Below are positions 37,991 to 51,217 of a DNA stretch of 64,000 bases, in pieces. Each line of letters begins with the position of its first letter. Position 1 is the stretch's first letter. The stretch lies in NCBI GenBank assembly GCA_951804945.1, contig OX638149.1, positions 134,726,001-134,790,000 on the forward strand. The letters run 5' to 3'. Position numbers and translations under genes: made by a program. The stretch is from Podarcis cretensis (lineage: Eukaryota). The notes under the pieces were generated by a model, which saw only the letters and a list, made by a program, of their open reading frames with translations, made no database searches and was not told where the DNA came from.

Positions 37991-38899
37991 TGCTAGAATG
38001 ACAGAAATATTACCAACAAAAAAGGAGGGGGCCACAAGGGAACTGGTTAAGGATCCTATATTCTTTTTCACTACTTCATGGAAGGATCTACACAGTGAGC
38101 TGCAAAAACCATCCATTTGTGAAATAGCTTGTCTGGGGGAGGGGGCCCAGTACCAAACATGGATTTTTTTTAAAAAAAGAAGCTTCTATTAAGTGTTGTT
38201 CCTGATGTTCCTATGGAAACAGTTTCGATGAGAATGGAAAGTTTACTTCTGTTTTTAAAGCATTGTGGGGCTCTCTTCCTTCCAGCCCCCCCCCCCCCAA
38301 TCTATACCACTTTTTATATCTTGCTAGAAAACATGATACAAGGTGAAATGACTGAGGGCTGAAGTTGGTTAACTCAGATTTTGGATACAAGTATAAGTAT
38401 TCAACGTATGCTCATATTTTGCCTTTGTGAAAGAATATTCATATTTTCTGCCCTGCAAAATAAATCAAATGTATTAGATTTATACAGTTACTGAATTTTA
38501 TAGAATGTAGTATAATAGGCCATGCTGTTTTCATATCCATTGTAGTCAATTGTGTTGGTGCATAAAATGGTTTAAACTGGGCTAAAGAGCTGCTGATTTC
38601 TATACCCAAAGACATCCCAGTTCCACTGCTGGGTTTATTCAGCACTAAATAAATGCTCCATTGCTAAAGTTAACTACTTTCTTCTTGGGAAATTTGGACT
38701 TTCTCTGATGTTGAGAGATAAACAACTACTTGTACCAAGGGGCTATTAAAACTGCTGCTTATTAGCAGAATGGTGTCTTTGTTGTGGGTAGGAGGAGAAA
38801 CACTGCAGAAAGCAAAGGGAGCTCTGTGCTGCAAAGCAAAGAATGTTGACTAGCCTGATGTTGAACTGAGTATAACTGCTGAGGTTTGAGAGCATATGC

Positions 38900-40045
38900 T
38901 GTATGATAATTTCAATACATTTAAGATCATAGGGCAGCTCACAAAATAAAAACACAAAAATACATACCATAATGACAAACAAAAACAATAGCCCCTGCCA
39001 CAGTTTAAAAGGCTGCAGATTGTTTAATTGGCCAAAGGCCTGGGAGAAGCAGAATGTTTTTGCCTGGCACCTAAGGATATGTAATGAAGACACCAGGCAA
39101 GCCTCCATGGGACGAGCATTCCACATAGAAGGAGCCACCATAGAAAAGGCCTGTTCTCATGTTGCTGGATCTCTTGTGGAGGAGGCAGAAAAAGAGGGGC
39201 CTCAGATGAGGGCCACAGGGTTCGTATCGGTGGTACATATGGAGGAAGTCGGTCCTTCAGGTATTGAGGTCCTGAGCTGTTTAAAGTTATAGGTTAAATC
39301 CAGCACTTGGAATTGGGCCTGGAAACCAATTGGCAGCCAGTGCAGTCAGGCCAGAATTGGCATTATGTGATCAAACTGTATTGCCCCGGTAAGCAACCTG
39401 GCTTCTTAATTCTGCACCAGCTGAACTTTCTGAACCCTTTTTAGAGGCAGCCCCATGTATATCTCATTGCAGTAATCTAACTTAGAGGTTACCAGAGCAT
39501 ACACAGTTACAGATAGGTAGCCATGTTGGTCTGCCATAGTCAAAACAAAATAAAAAAATTCCTTCCAGTAGCACCTTAAAGACCAACTAAGTTAGTTCTT
39601 GGTATGAGCTTTCGTGTGCATGTATCTGAAGAAGTGTGCATGCACACGAAAGCTCATACCAAGAACTATACACAACAGTAGTTAGGCTGTCCCTGCTCAG
39701 ACAGGGGTGCAGCTGGGCCACCAGCTGAAGCTGATAGAAGGCACTCTGGGCCACTGAGGCCACCTGAGCCTCAAGTAACCGCAAAGGATCCAGGAGTACC
39801 TGCAAGGTGTGCATGCTCCTTCAGAGGAAGTGTAACCCCATCAAGAGCAGGCCACCTCCCAGCCATCCGGTCTAGGGAACTACCCTCTAACAGTATCTCA
39901 GGCTTATCTGGATTGAGCTTCAGTTCTCATGCAGGCCATTACCAAGGCAAGACACTGGTCCAGCACTTCCACTGCCTCACCTGCAGATGTAAAGGAGAAG
40001 TAGAGCTGTGTGTCATCAGCATATTGCTGGCACTCCAAAACTCCA
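38900..40045 (-). mobile_element. L2-clade LINE 3' portion (RT YADD motif to tail)
   Basis: LECQQYADDTQLYFSF and LEAQVASVAQSAFYQLQLVAQL; same family as 13925. Confidence 0.88.
39506..39667. mobile_element. Penelope-like element terminal remnant with a perfect hairpin, nested in L2
   Basis: 7-bp TSD ATACACA; perfect 30-bp inverted repeat (39593-39622 / 39639-39668); CTGAAGA...GAAA motif. Confidence 0.7.
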
Positions 40046-40599
40046 GATGACCTCATGGGCCTGGTGCATAATTTATTCACTGCCTCATCCCAAGAATGAA
40101 GAATAAATCTGGCATCAATTGGCATAGCACCACATAACCATTTCATGTAAACCTGGAAGGTGGGCAGTGTGTGCCACATGAGTAGGTGACCAACAAGAAA
40201 AAAGGGGCACCATTTGAGGCCACCTCCTCATCTGTTGGAGCTCTGGCTTGTCTTTCCTGATAAACTTGACTGAGAGGATGCAGCAGCAGGATAGTGTGTG
40301 CCAATGTGTTTTGTTGTTGACTATGGAGACTGGGACTGTTATAGTCTAACAAAACACCTGGAGGGCACCTTAAGTAATTTTGAGGGGAAATACCACATAG
40401 ATTCCAAGTTTTTCTGGTGCTTGAGGAAAGCCTATGGGTACAAACACCAAACTTTCTGTTTCTATCTTAATCCTAGATCTCACCCACTGCCACCCCATTC
40501 CCAACCCCACAGCACAGTGTCCAAGAAGCCTTTTACATTCTTATTATAAAGTTTAGTAATTTACTTGGCTACTGCTTTCTTCTTCCTTTTCCTTCTTCT

Positions 40600-40840
40600 T
40601 CATTAAATTTGTATACCGCCCTATTTCCACAGGTCTCAGGGCATTTCACAAGATAAAATCACAAGATTAAAAACATAAAAAAAAACAACAACCCAATAAT
40701 CCCCTCTCCCCAACACATTTTAAAAGAGCATTCTACAGTATGTCAATCAGCCAAAGACCTAATTAAAGAGGAACATTTTTGCCTTGCGCCTGTGTATAGT
40801 GAAGGCGCCAGCTGAACTCTCCCAGGGGAGAGTTTTCTCA
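40600..40840 (-). mobile_element. L2 3' tail fragment
   Basis: Similar to the reverse complement of 14440-14700. Confidence 0.65.
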
Positions 40841-42651
40841 TAACACTCCCTCTTTTTGTGCCTACTTTTTTCCTTTTGGGGTGCCCCATTCATATATATT
40901 TTTCTTATTACTGTAATTTTCTTCAATTATGTTTTAGGGTTCAACTCCCAACCTTTGGTCTCTGCAGCTAACCTTTTTTCCTCTAAGGGCCATATTCACC
41001 CTTGGCCAACCCTCTGGAGGCCAACACCAGTCGTAGGTGTCACCATCATCTCCTCTCTGGTCATCAACTTATCAGTCTGATGACTGAGGAGGGGACAGTT
41101 CGCATCTTCATCAATGAACTGGACTTTGCCCACCATAGCACCATTTCTCCTTCATTCTGATTTTGCTTCTACCACCAAAATCAATGGGGTCTAGGTACCA
41201 GGAAAAAGATCTTTGGCGTTTTCTAGAAGTTGGATCTATAAGTGGGATATATGCTTCCCATATTGTACATCCATGTAAATGCATACACATATGAAGTGCA
41301 TAGCCAGCCATTTCATATACCACATTCAGTGGCATGATTTGAATAGGTCAAGAACTTTGCTAGCTTCTGAGTAACACTGGGACCTTGGTTTTTCCAAAAT
41401 GTTAAGCATACAACTGTCTCTCTCCCCTTTCCTCACTTTTTTAAGGGGGAAAACCCCCAAGCTGACTGGGGAAATGCCCAGAGCTCAAGATGGGATGGGG
41501 TGGAGAGGTAGGGGAATCTTTTGACGGACAGGTCTATCTTTTAATCACGGTGATTTGGAGAAGGAAAGTTGAAGCAAATAAACAGAGTTGATATTCATAT
41601 GGGTCACCTTTCTCCGAGTTTTTACTGTGAGCAGGGTCGCCTGTTTCTTTCTCAACTGTTATTTCTCCTAACAAACATTTGAAAATCATAGCAGTCTTTT
41701 TCAAACTGATTGCCCTCTTAGGAGAAGGAATGTGGTGTCTATTTTCCTACTCCAAAATGATAAAGTCTGCCCTTGTAGAGGAACCACTGCACCAATCTTT
41801 CTGAAACTAGGCAGATTTTATCCCCTCAGAATGGTGATCCGTGCCTGCAATTTGCATCCATTTTTTAGCAGAAATGTGTTTTTTTTTATAAAAGATTTCC
41901 TGCACAAAAAAACCCTGAATGTATCTGCCTGAAATTCAGTTAACTTAATGCACTTTGGAAAGGCTCCTTTGCCTACATATTCCATCCACTTATGTAAAAA
42001 GAGAGGAGTTTTTAGCTGTTTTTAGATCCACCAACAAAGATAAAATAGAGCTTCAGATTTAACAGATCGAATTTGGAGCTGAATAACAAATTGGATCACA
42101 GTGAAAATTTGGGTTGCTTCCAGATGCTACAGATACAGATAAGGTAAATCATGTAGTCATTGCAAAACCTTACTAGAGGACATGTGTGTAGTATATCACT
42201 TCCCTGATTGGCCAAACACTACTTTTAATTGATCCCAGGTGGGGTTCTACTCGTTAACTGCACATTGTTACCATAACAGTCTTGATGCTGAGAATGGCAG
42301 TGGTCTGGACCATAGTTCTGTGCCTTGAAGGCCAGTATCTGAGGTTGATTGGCTCAGTTAGGAACTCAGACCTTAACAGCAAATGAATCAATACATATTT
42401 GTTGGTAAATAATTGCTATTGAATAGAGCTTTAATATAAATTTATGATTGGTGATTATCACAGCTTTGGGCTATAGTGAGCCACTTAGTGATGGATTTAA
42501 GATAAGACTTAAATTCATTATGTTGTTATTTATTGTGAGTTATTTAAACATTGTATTCTTAACATTGCTTTTGGCTTACAATGACCTCCTGGGACTAGAC
42601 ACAGAATATGTATTCATAGAAAGGTGTTCAAAAGAAAGTAAGTTGCTCTTA

Positions 42652-43014
42652 AAGGTAAAGGTAAAGGTACCCCTGCCCGTACGGGCCAGTCTTGACAGAC
42701 TCTGGGGTTGTGCGCCCATCTCACTTAAGAGGCCAGGGGCCAGCGCTGTCCGGAGACACTTCCGGGTCACGTGGCCAGCGTGACATCGCTGCTCTGGCGA
42801 GCCAGAGCCGCACACGGAAACGCCGTTTACCTTCCCGCTGGTAAGCGGTCCCTATTTATCTACTTGCACCCGGAGGTGCTTTCGAACTGCTAGGTTGGCA
42901 GGTGCTGGGACCGAGCAGCGGGAGCGCACCCCGCCGCAGGGATTCGAACCGCCGACCTTTCGATCGACAAGCCCTAGGCGCTGAGGCTTTAACCCACAGC
43001 GCCACCTGCGTCCC
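42652..43014 (-). mobile_element. Full-length young Sauria SINE
   Basis: (ACCTTT)n tail, tRNA-like head with B box, 12-bp TSD AAGTTGCTCTTA (42640-51, 43015-26). Confidence 0.93.
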
Positions 43015-43386
43015 AAGTTGCTCTTACGTATGCCCAATAAGCATGTCTTTCAAACAACTGGGAAAATGAGTTGAAACAGTAAGTAAAGAGCTTGAAAGTC
43101 ACACATCTGTTGTTAGATTCAGAGTTTTTTCTGGAGTAAGTTACTGAAATAGTAAGCAAACAACAGTGTGTACGGATATATGGTGTGAACATCATAGAGA
43201 CAGAATTGCATTCACAATTATTGTAAGATTAAATTTTAAACCCTGGTCAAGAAATCACATTTTAAGACTTGCCCCCTAATATTGCTAATGAAGATATTCC
43301 TGCGTAGAATTACAATGTATTTCAGTAGCTAGCTAGCTATATAATCTGAATTTCCTGAATAAAAAGTCTGTTTTTATAAGAGCCGA

Positions 43387-43686
43387 GGGACGTGGGTGGC
43401 GCTGTGGGTAAAACCTTAGCACTTAGGACTTGCCGATCGCATGGTCGGCAGTTTGAATCCCCGCGGCGGGGTGCTCTCCCGTCGTTCGGTCCCAGCGCCT
43501 GCCAACCTAGCAGTTCGAAAGCACCCCCAGGTGCAAGTAGATAAATAGGGACCGCTTACCAACGGGAAGGTAAACGGCGTTCCGTGTGCTGCGCTGGCTC
43601 GCCAGCCTATAGAGTGAGATGAGCGCACAACCCTAGAGTCTGGCAAGACTGGCCCATACGGGCAGGGGTACCTTTACCTTTACCTT
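43387..43686 (+). mobile_element. Sauria SINE with an internal deletion of about 60 bp
   Basis: GGGACGTGGGTGGCGCTGTGG head and ACCTTTACCTTTACCTT tail; lacks the CACGTGACCCGGAAG segment seen in its siblings. Confidence 0.9.
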
Positions 43687-43755
43687 AACTGAAGATTCTT
43701 TGGAAATAATAGTATTTTCTGGCCTGTCTATACCTAGTATTTGGAAGACACAATT

Positions 43756-44142
43756 TATCAGAGACATGGCAGAGGGGGAGGAAGAGGCAGAGGAAAACAG
43801 AAGGCTGCCTGTCACTTCTCAAAGCAACACTGAGATGCAGGTGGTAGAAGGGGGTTGGATTCAACTCCAGAGGAGGAGGAATTGGCTGCACCTGAGTCTC
43901 CCAGAAGTAGGAGGCAGAGCAAGCGATTACAGCAAAAGAAAGACCAGCTGGAAGCGGGGGTGGGCTCAGCATATATCTGGCCTTGGAAGGGGCCAGAGGC
44001 CAGTCGAGTCAACTGACTCAGATAGTGAAGAATGAGCTGTGGGAGGCTCTGCTTGCAGTAAGCTTGTAATTGCCAAATAAAGCTAAAGGAGTTAAACTGC
44101 CAGCTTGCTGTGTCGTGTGTGAGAGATGTGCTAAACCTAACA
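43756..44142 (+). mobile_element. Gypsy solo LTR
   Basis: 5-bp TSD CAATT; TATCAG (mutated TGTCAG)...CTAACA; AATAAA at 44076; 3' end similar to the 13030 LTR. Confidence 0.82.
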
Positions 44143-45130
44143 CAATTGAACAAGCAATCTTTGGCTTTAAAAAAATCTGAATTTTTGGTAGGGAGAACTG
44201 CAATCGGCAACAAAATGCTGTAGTGTTATAAGTGTGTTCCTGTTCAGGATTCCAGTAGCCAGTCATCTCTTCCCTCGGGATACCATATTCCTTCCCCTCC
44301 CTTTCCACTTTTCCTTTCATTTTTTTTCCAACAGATACTCAACATTCCTTAGGCACTTAACATGCTCAATCCACATTGGGCTGTTTTGGGATTTTATTTT
44401 ATTTTATTCCCCTCTCAGGTGGTAGCTTGCTTTGTAAAGTTGACTTGTACTGCAAGCCTCAAGGTTCTTCTGATTATGCTGATACCTCCCTTTGTTTTCC
44501 TGTTGACCCCATTGTGGCTCTAATCCAGTTGGTATCACTGTATGAGATTGCTGTTAGAGGGAGTGTGGTATAATATATTAATTTACATATTTGGATCAGC
44601 AGTACTGAAATTAAGTTGGCAGGTATTTTGATTAAGTGGTGCATATCTTTGCCTGCTGATCAAAGTTATTGTATTTTTAGAGTACAATAGCAACACACTC
44701 TTGACTTAAGTTAACAATCAAATATGTGTATCTAATGTGGAACTACATGAGATGAAACACATAAACAACACAACTTGGCAGTCCTCTTCCTCACAACATG
44801 GTTTGTACACAATTTTAATGAATATAATGGAGTGTGTAATGAGTTACTGAAATAATGGCTTGCATCTCAAGAACTGTGGGTGGCATTTTGCTTGCACACA
44901 GTGGGCCTTTCTTCCCCACTCTTTCTGCTGCAGTGGGGTCCCCTGCTCAGGCTTAGATCCAAAGGTCCTTTGAACATGATGTATTTAGGACACTTGGAAT
45001 GTTGCATACCTTCCAGCATTTCTCAAATGGAAATTGGGGTGTCCTAAGGAAAAGCGGGACATTCCAGGATCAAAGCAGAAACTGAAACAGCTTCTGTAAA
45101 TCTGGCATTATTTGCAGACATGCATGGTGG

Positions 45131-45485
45131 AAAAGGACATGGGTGGCACTGTGGTTTAAACCATCGAGCCACTTGAGCTTGCTGATTGTAAGGTCATCTG
45201 TTCGAATCTGCAAAACGGGGTGAGCTCCTGTCACTTTGTCCCACGCCTGCCAATCTAGCAGTTCGATAGCATACCAGTGCAAGTAGATAAATAGGTACTG
45301 CTGCGGCAGGAAGGTAAACAGCGTTTCCATGTGCTCTGGCTCTCGTCACTGTGTCCCGTTGCACCAGAAGCAGTTAAGTCATGCTGGCCACATGACAAAT
45401 GCTGGCTCCCTTGGCCTGAAAGTGAAGATGAGCATTGCACCCCATAGTCAAATTCAACTGGACTTAACCGTCCAGGCATCCTTTG
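45131..45485 (+). mobile_element. Older Sauria SINE
   Basis: Diverged head and GTGCAAGTAGATAAATAGGTAC core. Confidence 0.82.
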
Positions 45486-45789
45486 TACTACATGCAGTCT
45501 TTGTACAAAACAGAATCCTTTCTTTTAAATGTGCTAGAGACCACAGTTTCTATGAATATGAGGCAATCACTGTATCTCAACTGTAGGAGAAAAGGCTCAA
45601 AAGTAATACTACAACAATTTCACCATTCTGTGACTTATGGAATACACCCGTCTCTTTTCAAACATGTTAGAGAATTTCATAAAGGGTTGTTACTCTTATA
45701 GCCTTGGTATTGGATCACATGTGCCTGTGTACCATTTCAAAGCTTGGTTTGTAAATTTGTTTGTTTGCTTGCTTGCTTGCTTACTGCTC

Positions 45790-46160
45790 TTCATCCGCAG
45801 ATCTCAGGCAGTTTCACAACATAAAATTACAGTATATAAACCATAAAATACATAGTACAAATAAGAACAACAAAAAACCAATAAATTCCCCCCAGACACA
45901 CACATTTTAAAAGGGCATCACTGCAGGAGGAGAGATTAGCAACCGGCCAGTAGTTATTTTCCAAGTCCAGGGAGGGGTTCTTGAGGAGTGGTTTTACCAC
46001 TGCCTCCTTCAATCAGGCAGGGACCACCCCTCTCGCAAGGAGGCATTAATAGTTCTTTCCCTGCTAGTTTTAAAAAGCCAAGAGGGGCAAGGGTCCAGAG
46101 CACAAGTGGTTGCCCTGTCCAATCAAAGCACCTTGTCCACATCCTCAAGTCTTACTATCT
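45790..46160 (-). mobile_element. L2 fragments (3' tail joined to an RT-proximal piece)
   Basis: KEAVVKPLLKNPSLD..NNY.PVANL motif next to an L2 3' UTR. Confidence 0.7.
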
Positions 46161-47048
46161 GCAACTCATCCAACATGACTAGACTAGAGAATGCTCTGGA
46201 CAACCCTTGAGATTTGTCTACTATAAAAGTGGAGTCAAGATCCTGGTCAAGGCAAGCAGTAACGCCATAGTGAGGATGCAATGGAGGCAGCAAAGTACGC
46301 CTTCTTTGCTGCCTTCACTGCCACTAGGTAGGCTTGATGATGAGCTTTCACCAGTTTTCGGTTGCATTCAGCCTAGTTTTTCCTCCACTTGTGTTTGAGC
46401 CATCTCCCAACTCAAGGTGTTACAATGCAGTGATGTTATACGAAGACTGCATGTGTATAGAATTTACACAGGTTTAGGAGTGGTGCACTAGTATTCAGTA
46501 AATGCTGTCTTGGGCTCCCTTGGGAGGAAGGATGGGATGAGATATGATATGATATATGATATGATATCATTTTTCTCTAACTAAAATGCCCCTCCTTTTA
46601 AGCAAAGAGTTGCAACATGACTATTTTTGCAAATTAGGGATCACGTGATTGTTTTAAAGCCTGTTTTACATTATTTAAAGACAGTCATAGCAGCCATTAT
46701 TTGAACAGATGAGGCTTCTGTTGTGCGACCACTGATTGTCGTCATCACATCAGCCAGTTAAAGTAACAGTGGAGGCTAATCTGCCCAGTAAGAAACGTGG
46801 TGGGTGTTTGTGATCACTTACTCATCTGCATGATGATTAGCACTGTTTGAGAAAGAGAACTTCTACAAATTGATAATAAACTGCTTTTTCATACTAAAAC
46901 TTCACTTTAAAACATTTACAGCATTCTAAAGGTTAGTTTTGTGGCCTTCACATAAGTCACCTTTCTGCAAGCACAGCTAGATAAAATATGTCCTGTCAAC
47001 AGTGCTTAGTCACTATTGTCCTCAGCTGGAAATGGTGGGGAGAATATA

Positions 47049-47411
47049 AGGTAAAGGTAAAGGTACCCCTGCCTGTACGGGCCAGTCTTGACAGACTCTG
47101 GGGTTGTGCGCCCATCTCACTCAAGAGGCCGGGGGCCAGCGCTGTCCGGAGACACTTCCGGGTCACGTGGCCAGCGTGACAAAGCTGCATCTGGCGAGCC
47201 AGCGCAGCACACGGAAACGCCGTTTACCTTCCCACCAGTAAGTGGTCCCTATTTATCTACTTGCACCCGGGGGTGCTTTCGAACTGCTAGGTTGGCAGGC
47301 GCTGGGACCGAGCAGCGGGAGCGCACCCCGCCGCGGGGATTCGAACCGCCGACCTTTCGATCGGCAAGCCCTAGGCGCTGAGGCTTTTACCCACAGCGCC
47401 ACCCGCGTCCC
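47049..47411 (-). mobile_element. Full-length young Sauria SINE
   Basis: Near-identical to the 42652 copy; GGAGAATATA duplicated at 47039-48 and 47418-27. Confidence 0.93.
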
Positions 47412-48134
47412 TTTTGAGGAGAATATAGGATATATTAAATAACTTAGGAGCACACTAGTGGAAATACTGACATCTTGCAAGCTTTATTTTTTTCTTTTAT
47501 ATTATCATCAAGCGTTAAAGGTGATACATTTCATTTATATCATCAGATGAAGTAGATTCATCTATGTTCTGATGTAAGCACTCACCTCAACAAAGGCAAA
47601 GCAAGACTGGGGCACTCTGGACAACTGATCGGGAGCTTGTGACCAGAACTTGTAAACAGGGGTGTTTGCTAGGATGTTTTGAGTAGGGGGATTGGAGTGC
47701 TGTCTCAGGGTGTACATAGGACCAAGGACATTGCAGTGACCTGCTTCCTGCCTGAGAATGCAGATTCATATAAAGCCTGCTGACCACAACCCCTTCCTTC
47801 TGATTCATACAAACAGTAGTGACAGCCTCAGCCTTTGACGTATAGCAAGGGACTATGAGACTCTGCACAAGAAGCTGAAGGGCTTTGGGGCAAAGGTGGT
47901 TTTTTCATTGCACCTTCCTGTTGAAGCTTGTGGCCCAGGAAGAGAGAGGAAAATACTAGCTGCATAGGTGGTGTCGTCAGGAAAGCTTTGGCTTTTTGGA
48001 CCATGGTCCGTGCTTTCTTTAGGAAGGACTTTTGGGAAGATACATGTTGCACTTCACAGCGGTTGGCAAGAATGTCTTTGCTAAAAGTCTTGTGAAGCTG
48101 AAAGCAGGGGAGCACCTGGGACAAGGGATATTGT

Positions 48135-48475
48135 TATTGTTTAAATTTGTATACCACCCTCCATTTGAACATCTCAGGGCAGTTCACAACAGAAAAATAC
48201 AAATTGAGAATACAAAGTACATAATAAAAAGCAAACCAATAACCCACAGCCGAACACCTGGTTGAAGAGAAACATTTTTGCCTGGCGCCTAAACTTATGT
48301 CAGGTGAGCTGTCAGGTGAGCCTCCCTGCTGCCAACCACTGGACCTTTCACAGAGGAGGCACACAAAGAAGGGCCTCAGATGATGATCACTGGGTTCCTA
48401 TGGGTGGTTCCTAAGGGGAGAGGCGGTCCTTGAGGTCTTGTGGTCCAGATCTATTTAAGACTTTATAGGTCAAAT
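48135..48475 (-). mobile_element. L2 3' fragment, followed by a short CR1 3' end (+, about 48488-48550)
   Basis: Reverse complement of the 14260-14700 family. Confidence 0.7.
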
Positions 48476-49541
48476 ATTGGTCAAATGTTGGACTAGATGA
48501 TCCTTGAGGTCCTTTCCAACTTGACACTTCTATGATTTTATGATTCTATGGCTCATGAATGGAATATGAGAAAATAGCTCAGATGTTACTTGAGCAGCAG
48601 TTACTCTTGGTCTGAACCTTATATATGAGCTGCAGCTTCTCAGTGGCTGGCTCTCCTTTCAGAGAGATGCCTCTTCATTTATAGGATTCTAGCCTTCTCC
48701 AGCGGATAGAGCAGGGAAGACTTTGGTTGCACTAGGGCTTCTGCTATTAGAGTCATTTGAGTCAGAGGAGGTCAGTGCGATGTCTTCATGCCAGAAGGTT
48801 ACTCTCTCCAGAGTAATGTCCACAGTGGTGAATGTTCAACTTCATGGAACTGCTAGCAGATCATTTGGGTATGGCTAAGGTCTTCTGGTTTTCTCCTTGC
48901 CCTCCTTCCTTTCAACGAAATAGCGGGTACTTAAACATTGAAGTTGTATAAATATAGCACCTATGTGTTATCATGGTTCAGAAGGGGCCACTTCTGTCAC
49001 AATTTCTGATTTGGGTTCATAGCACAATAACCACATATTATTCATAAATAAGTCCCACTGAATTCAATAGAGATTGTTCCCTAATAAATAGGTACAGATT
49101 TGTAGCTTGATTTGATTAGTCTTAAAGGTGCCACACAGAACTGTTAACAAGGGTTCCCATAAATTGATCATTAAAGAACAGGAAGCAGAGAGTAGGAATA
49201 AATGGACAGTTCTCATCATGGATGGATATAAGAAGTGGGGTCCCTCCAAAGATCAATATGGGGACCACTCTTTAACTTGTTGGCTTCCTCCTGGTTTGTA
49301 TCCCCAACTGGTTAAAATGTATAAGATAAGACGCTGCAGGCGGGGTGGGTATGGATGATGGGCATGTATACTGATAATGTTATTTTAAAAGAATGTACTC
49401 ACTAGTATGTGAATGAAGGAGCCATATCAAAGTATTTAGTGCAATAACAAATGCTGTAAAACTTTATAGGATATGAACATATATATACTTGTGTGTGTAT
49501 GTCTAACAGTGTGTTTCATATTATCTCTCTCTTCTTAATAG

Positions 49542-49763
<222 letters not shown>

Positions 49764-49764
49764 T

Positions 49765-49980
49765 GAAGGGAGTGGAAGGTTTTTGCCTGGCGCCTAAAGA
49801 TACATAATGAAGGCACTAGGCAAACCTCACTGGGGCGAGCATTCCACAGACAGGGAGCCAGTACAGAAAAGGCCCATTCTCTGGAACACATATGGAGGAG
49901 GCACACAAAGAAGAGCCTCAGATGATGAACGCAGAGTCCGGGGGAGAGGCGGTCACTGAGGTATTGTGATCCTGAACTGT
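49765..49980 (-). mobile_element. L2 fragment just downstream of the 105-bp exon, preceded by a 15-bp tandem repeat (GGTTAGTTAATTCAA, 49720-49761)
   Basis: WAFSVLAPCLWNA.P.EVCL.PSL..FRRQAKT on the minus strand. Confidence 0.72.
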
Positions 49981-51064
49981 TTTCATAACCTTTCATTGCC
50001 TACAGACAGCCACCCAATCTTAAACAACTCCTCACCCACAATAATACAGCAAGCAGACTTAACATGGACACTGGTACCAGCGCCTGCAATAAACCCAGAT
50101 GCCAACATTGCTGCCACATACACCCAGACAACACCATCACTGGACCCAACAACATCAAACATACCATCTCAGGCCTATTTAATTGCTCTTCTTCTAACAT
50201 TGTGAAGGGAGTGGATAGAGGTTGAATGACAAGTATCCATTATTTTTTTAAAGGGAAACGCAGTTCTAATCAATGTGAAAATTAGGATTAAAAACATACT
50301 TTGATTACAGTTGAATATTAATGGGGGGGGGGGCATTTGATAAGATACGTAAGTGCCATTTCAGAGTTTGCTTTGATAAAGGGAATGGTTGATAAATGTA
50401 GCTTTCAGTAGTGTTATTGGAGAGCCATAATGCATAGTTTATTTTCTGTGCAATATTAAGCCTCCATTTAGGCTTTATTTATTTGCACAGATTTTGGTAT
50501 TTTTATAGAAATCATTCTTTTTTCACACTAAATAACAATGTATTAAACTTTCTATGTCTGTTCCCAATGGAGTAGAAAGTTTGCTAGGAATATTTCAAAG
50601 GCAAACATAATTTCATTTTAAGAAGATCATCTCCCGGCACTTGGAAGTAACCCTGTATTTCTGAATTTAGACTGAAAGTATCACTGTGTGTTATCCAGTA
50701 GTACTGAACATATAAGAACAGTGTGCATAACGGTGTGGCTACATCCAGCAGTATTTTATAAATACGTGTTTTTGGCTAAGCTTATAACACAATTGTAGAT
50801 TTCCTAAGGTCTTTCGTAGGAGGAGATGATCTCTTTCCCCCCCAGGTGTGCCTGTGGCCCCAGTGGAAACCAATCAAGGTGCGATTTATGTTCATTAAGT
50901 GCTTGTCAAAACTGAAAAATTTTCTAATCAACAGCAATCTAACTGAAGCCTCCTCAGTGGCTGGGAGTGTCGCCTCTGCAGTGTCGGCTACTTGCCTGTT
51001 ACAACTCTAGGCTAGAAATCCACTGATGATTACATTAGGCTAAGCTTCGAAGTAAATGAACCAT

Positions 51065-51217
51065 ATCTTATTTAGGTGCAACTAGCTTCAGTGTAGTCCT
51101 GCCCTGCAGGGCACTTTATAGCATTTTATGGCTTTAAAATTAGTGTAGCTTCCCATTTGCTGCAGGGTGCTACATGTTATGCCTTTGAACCCCATAAGCA
51201 AAGGGAAGGGGGTCTTT
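51065..51217 (+). repeat. Copy 1 of a local dispersed duplication (copy 2 at 54288-54412)
   Basis: Direct sequence match with a few substitutions and a 28-bp indel. Confidence 0.9.
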
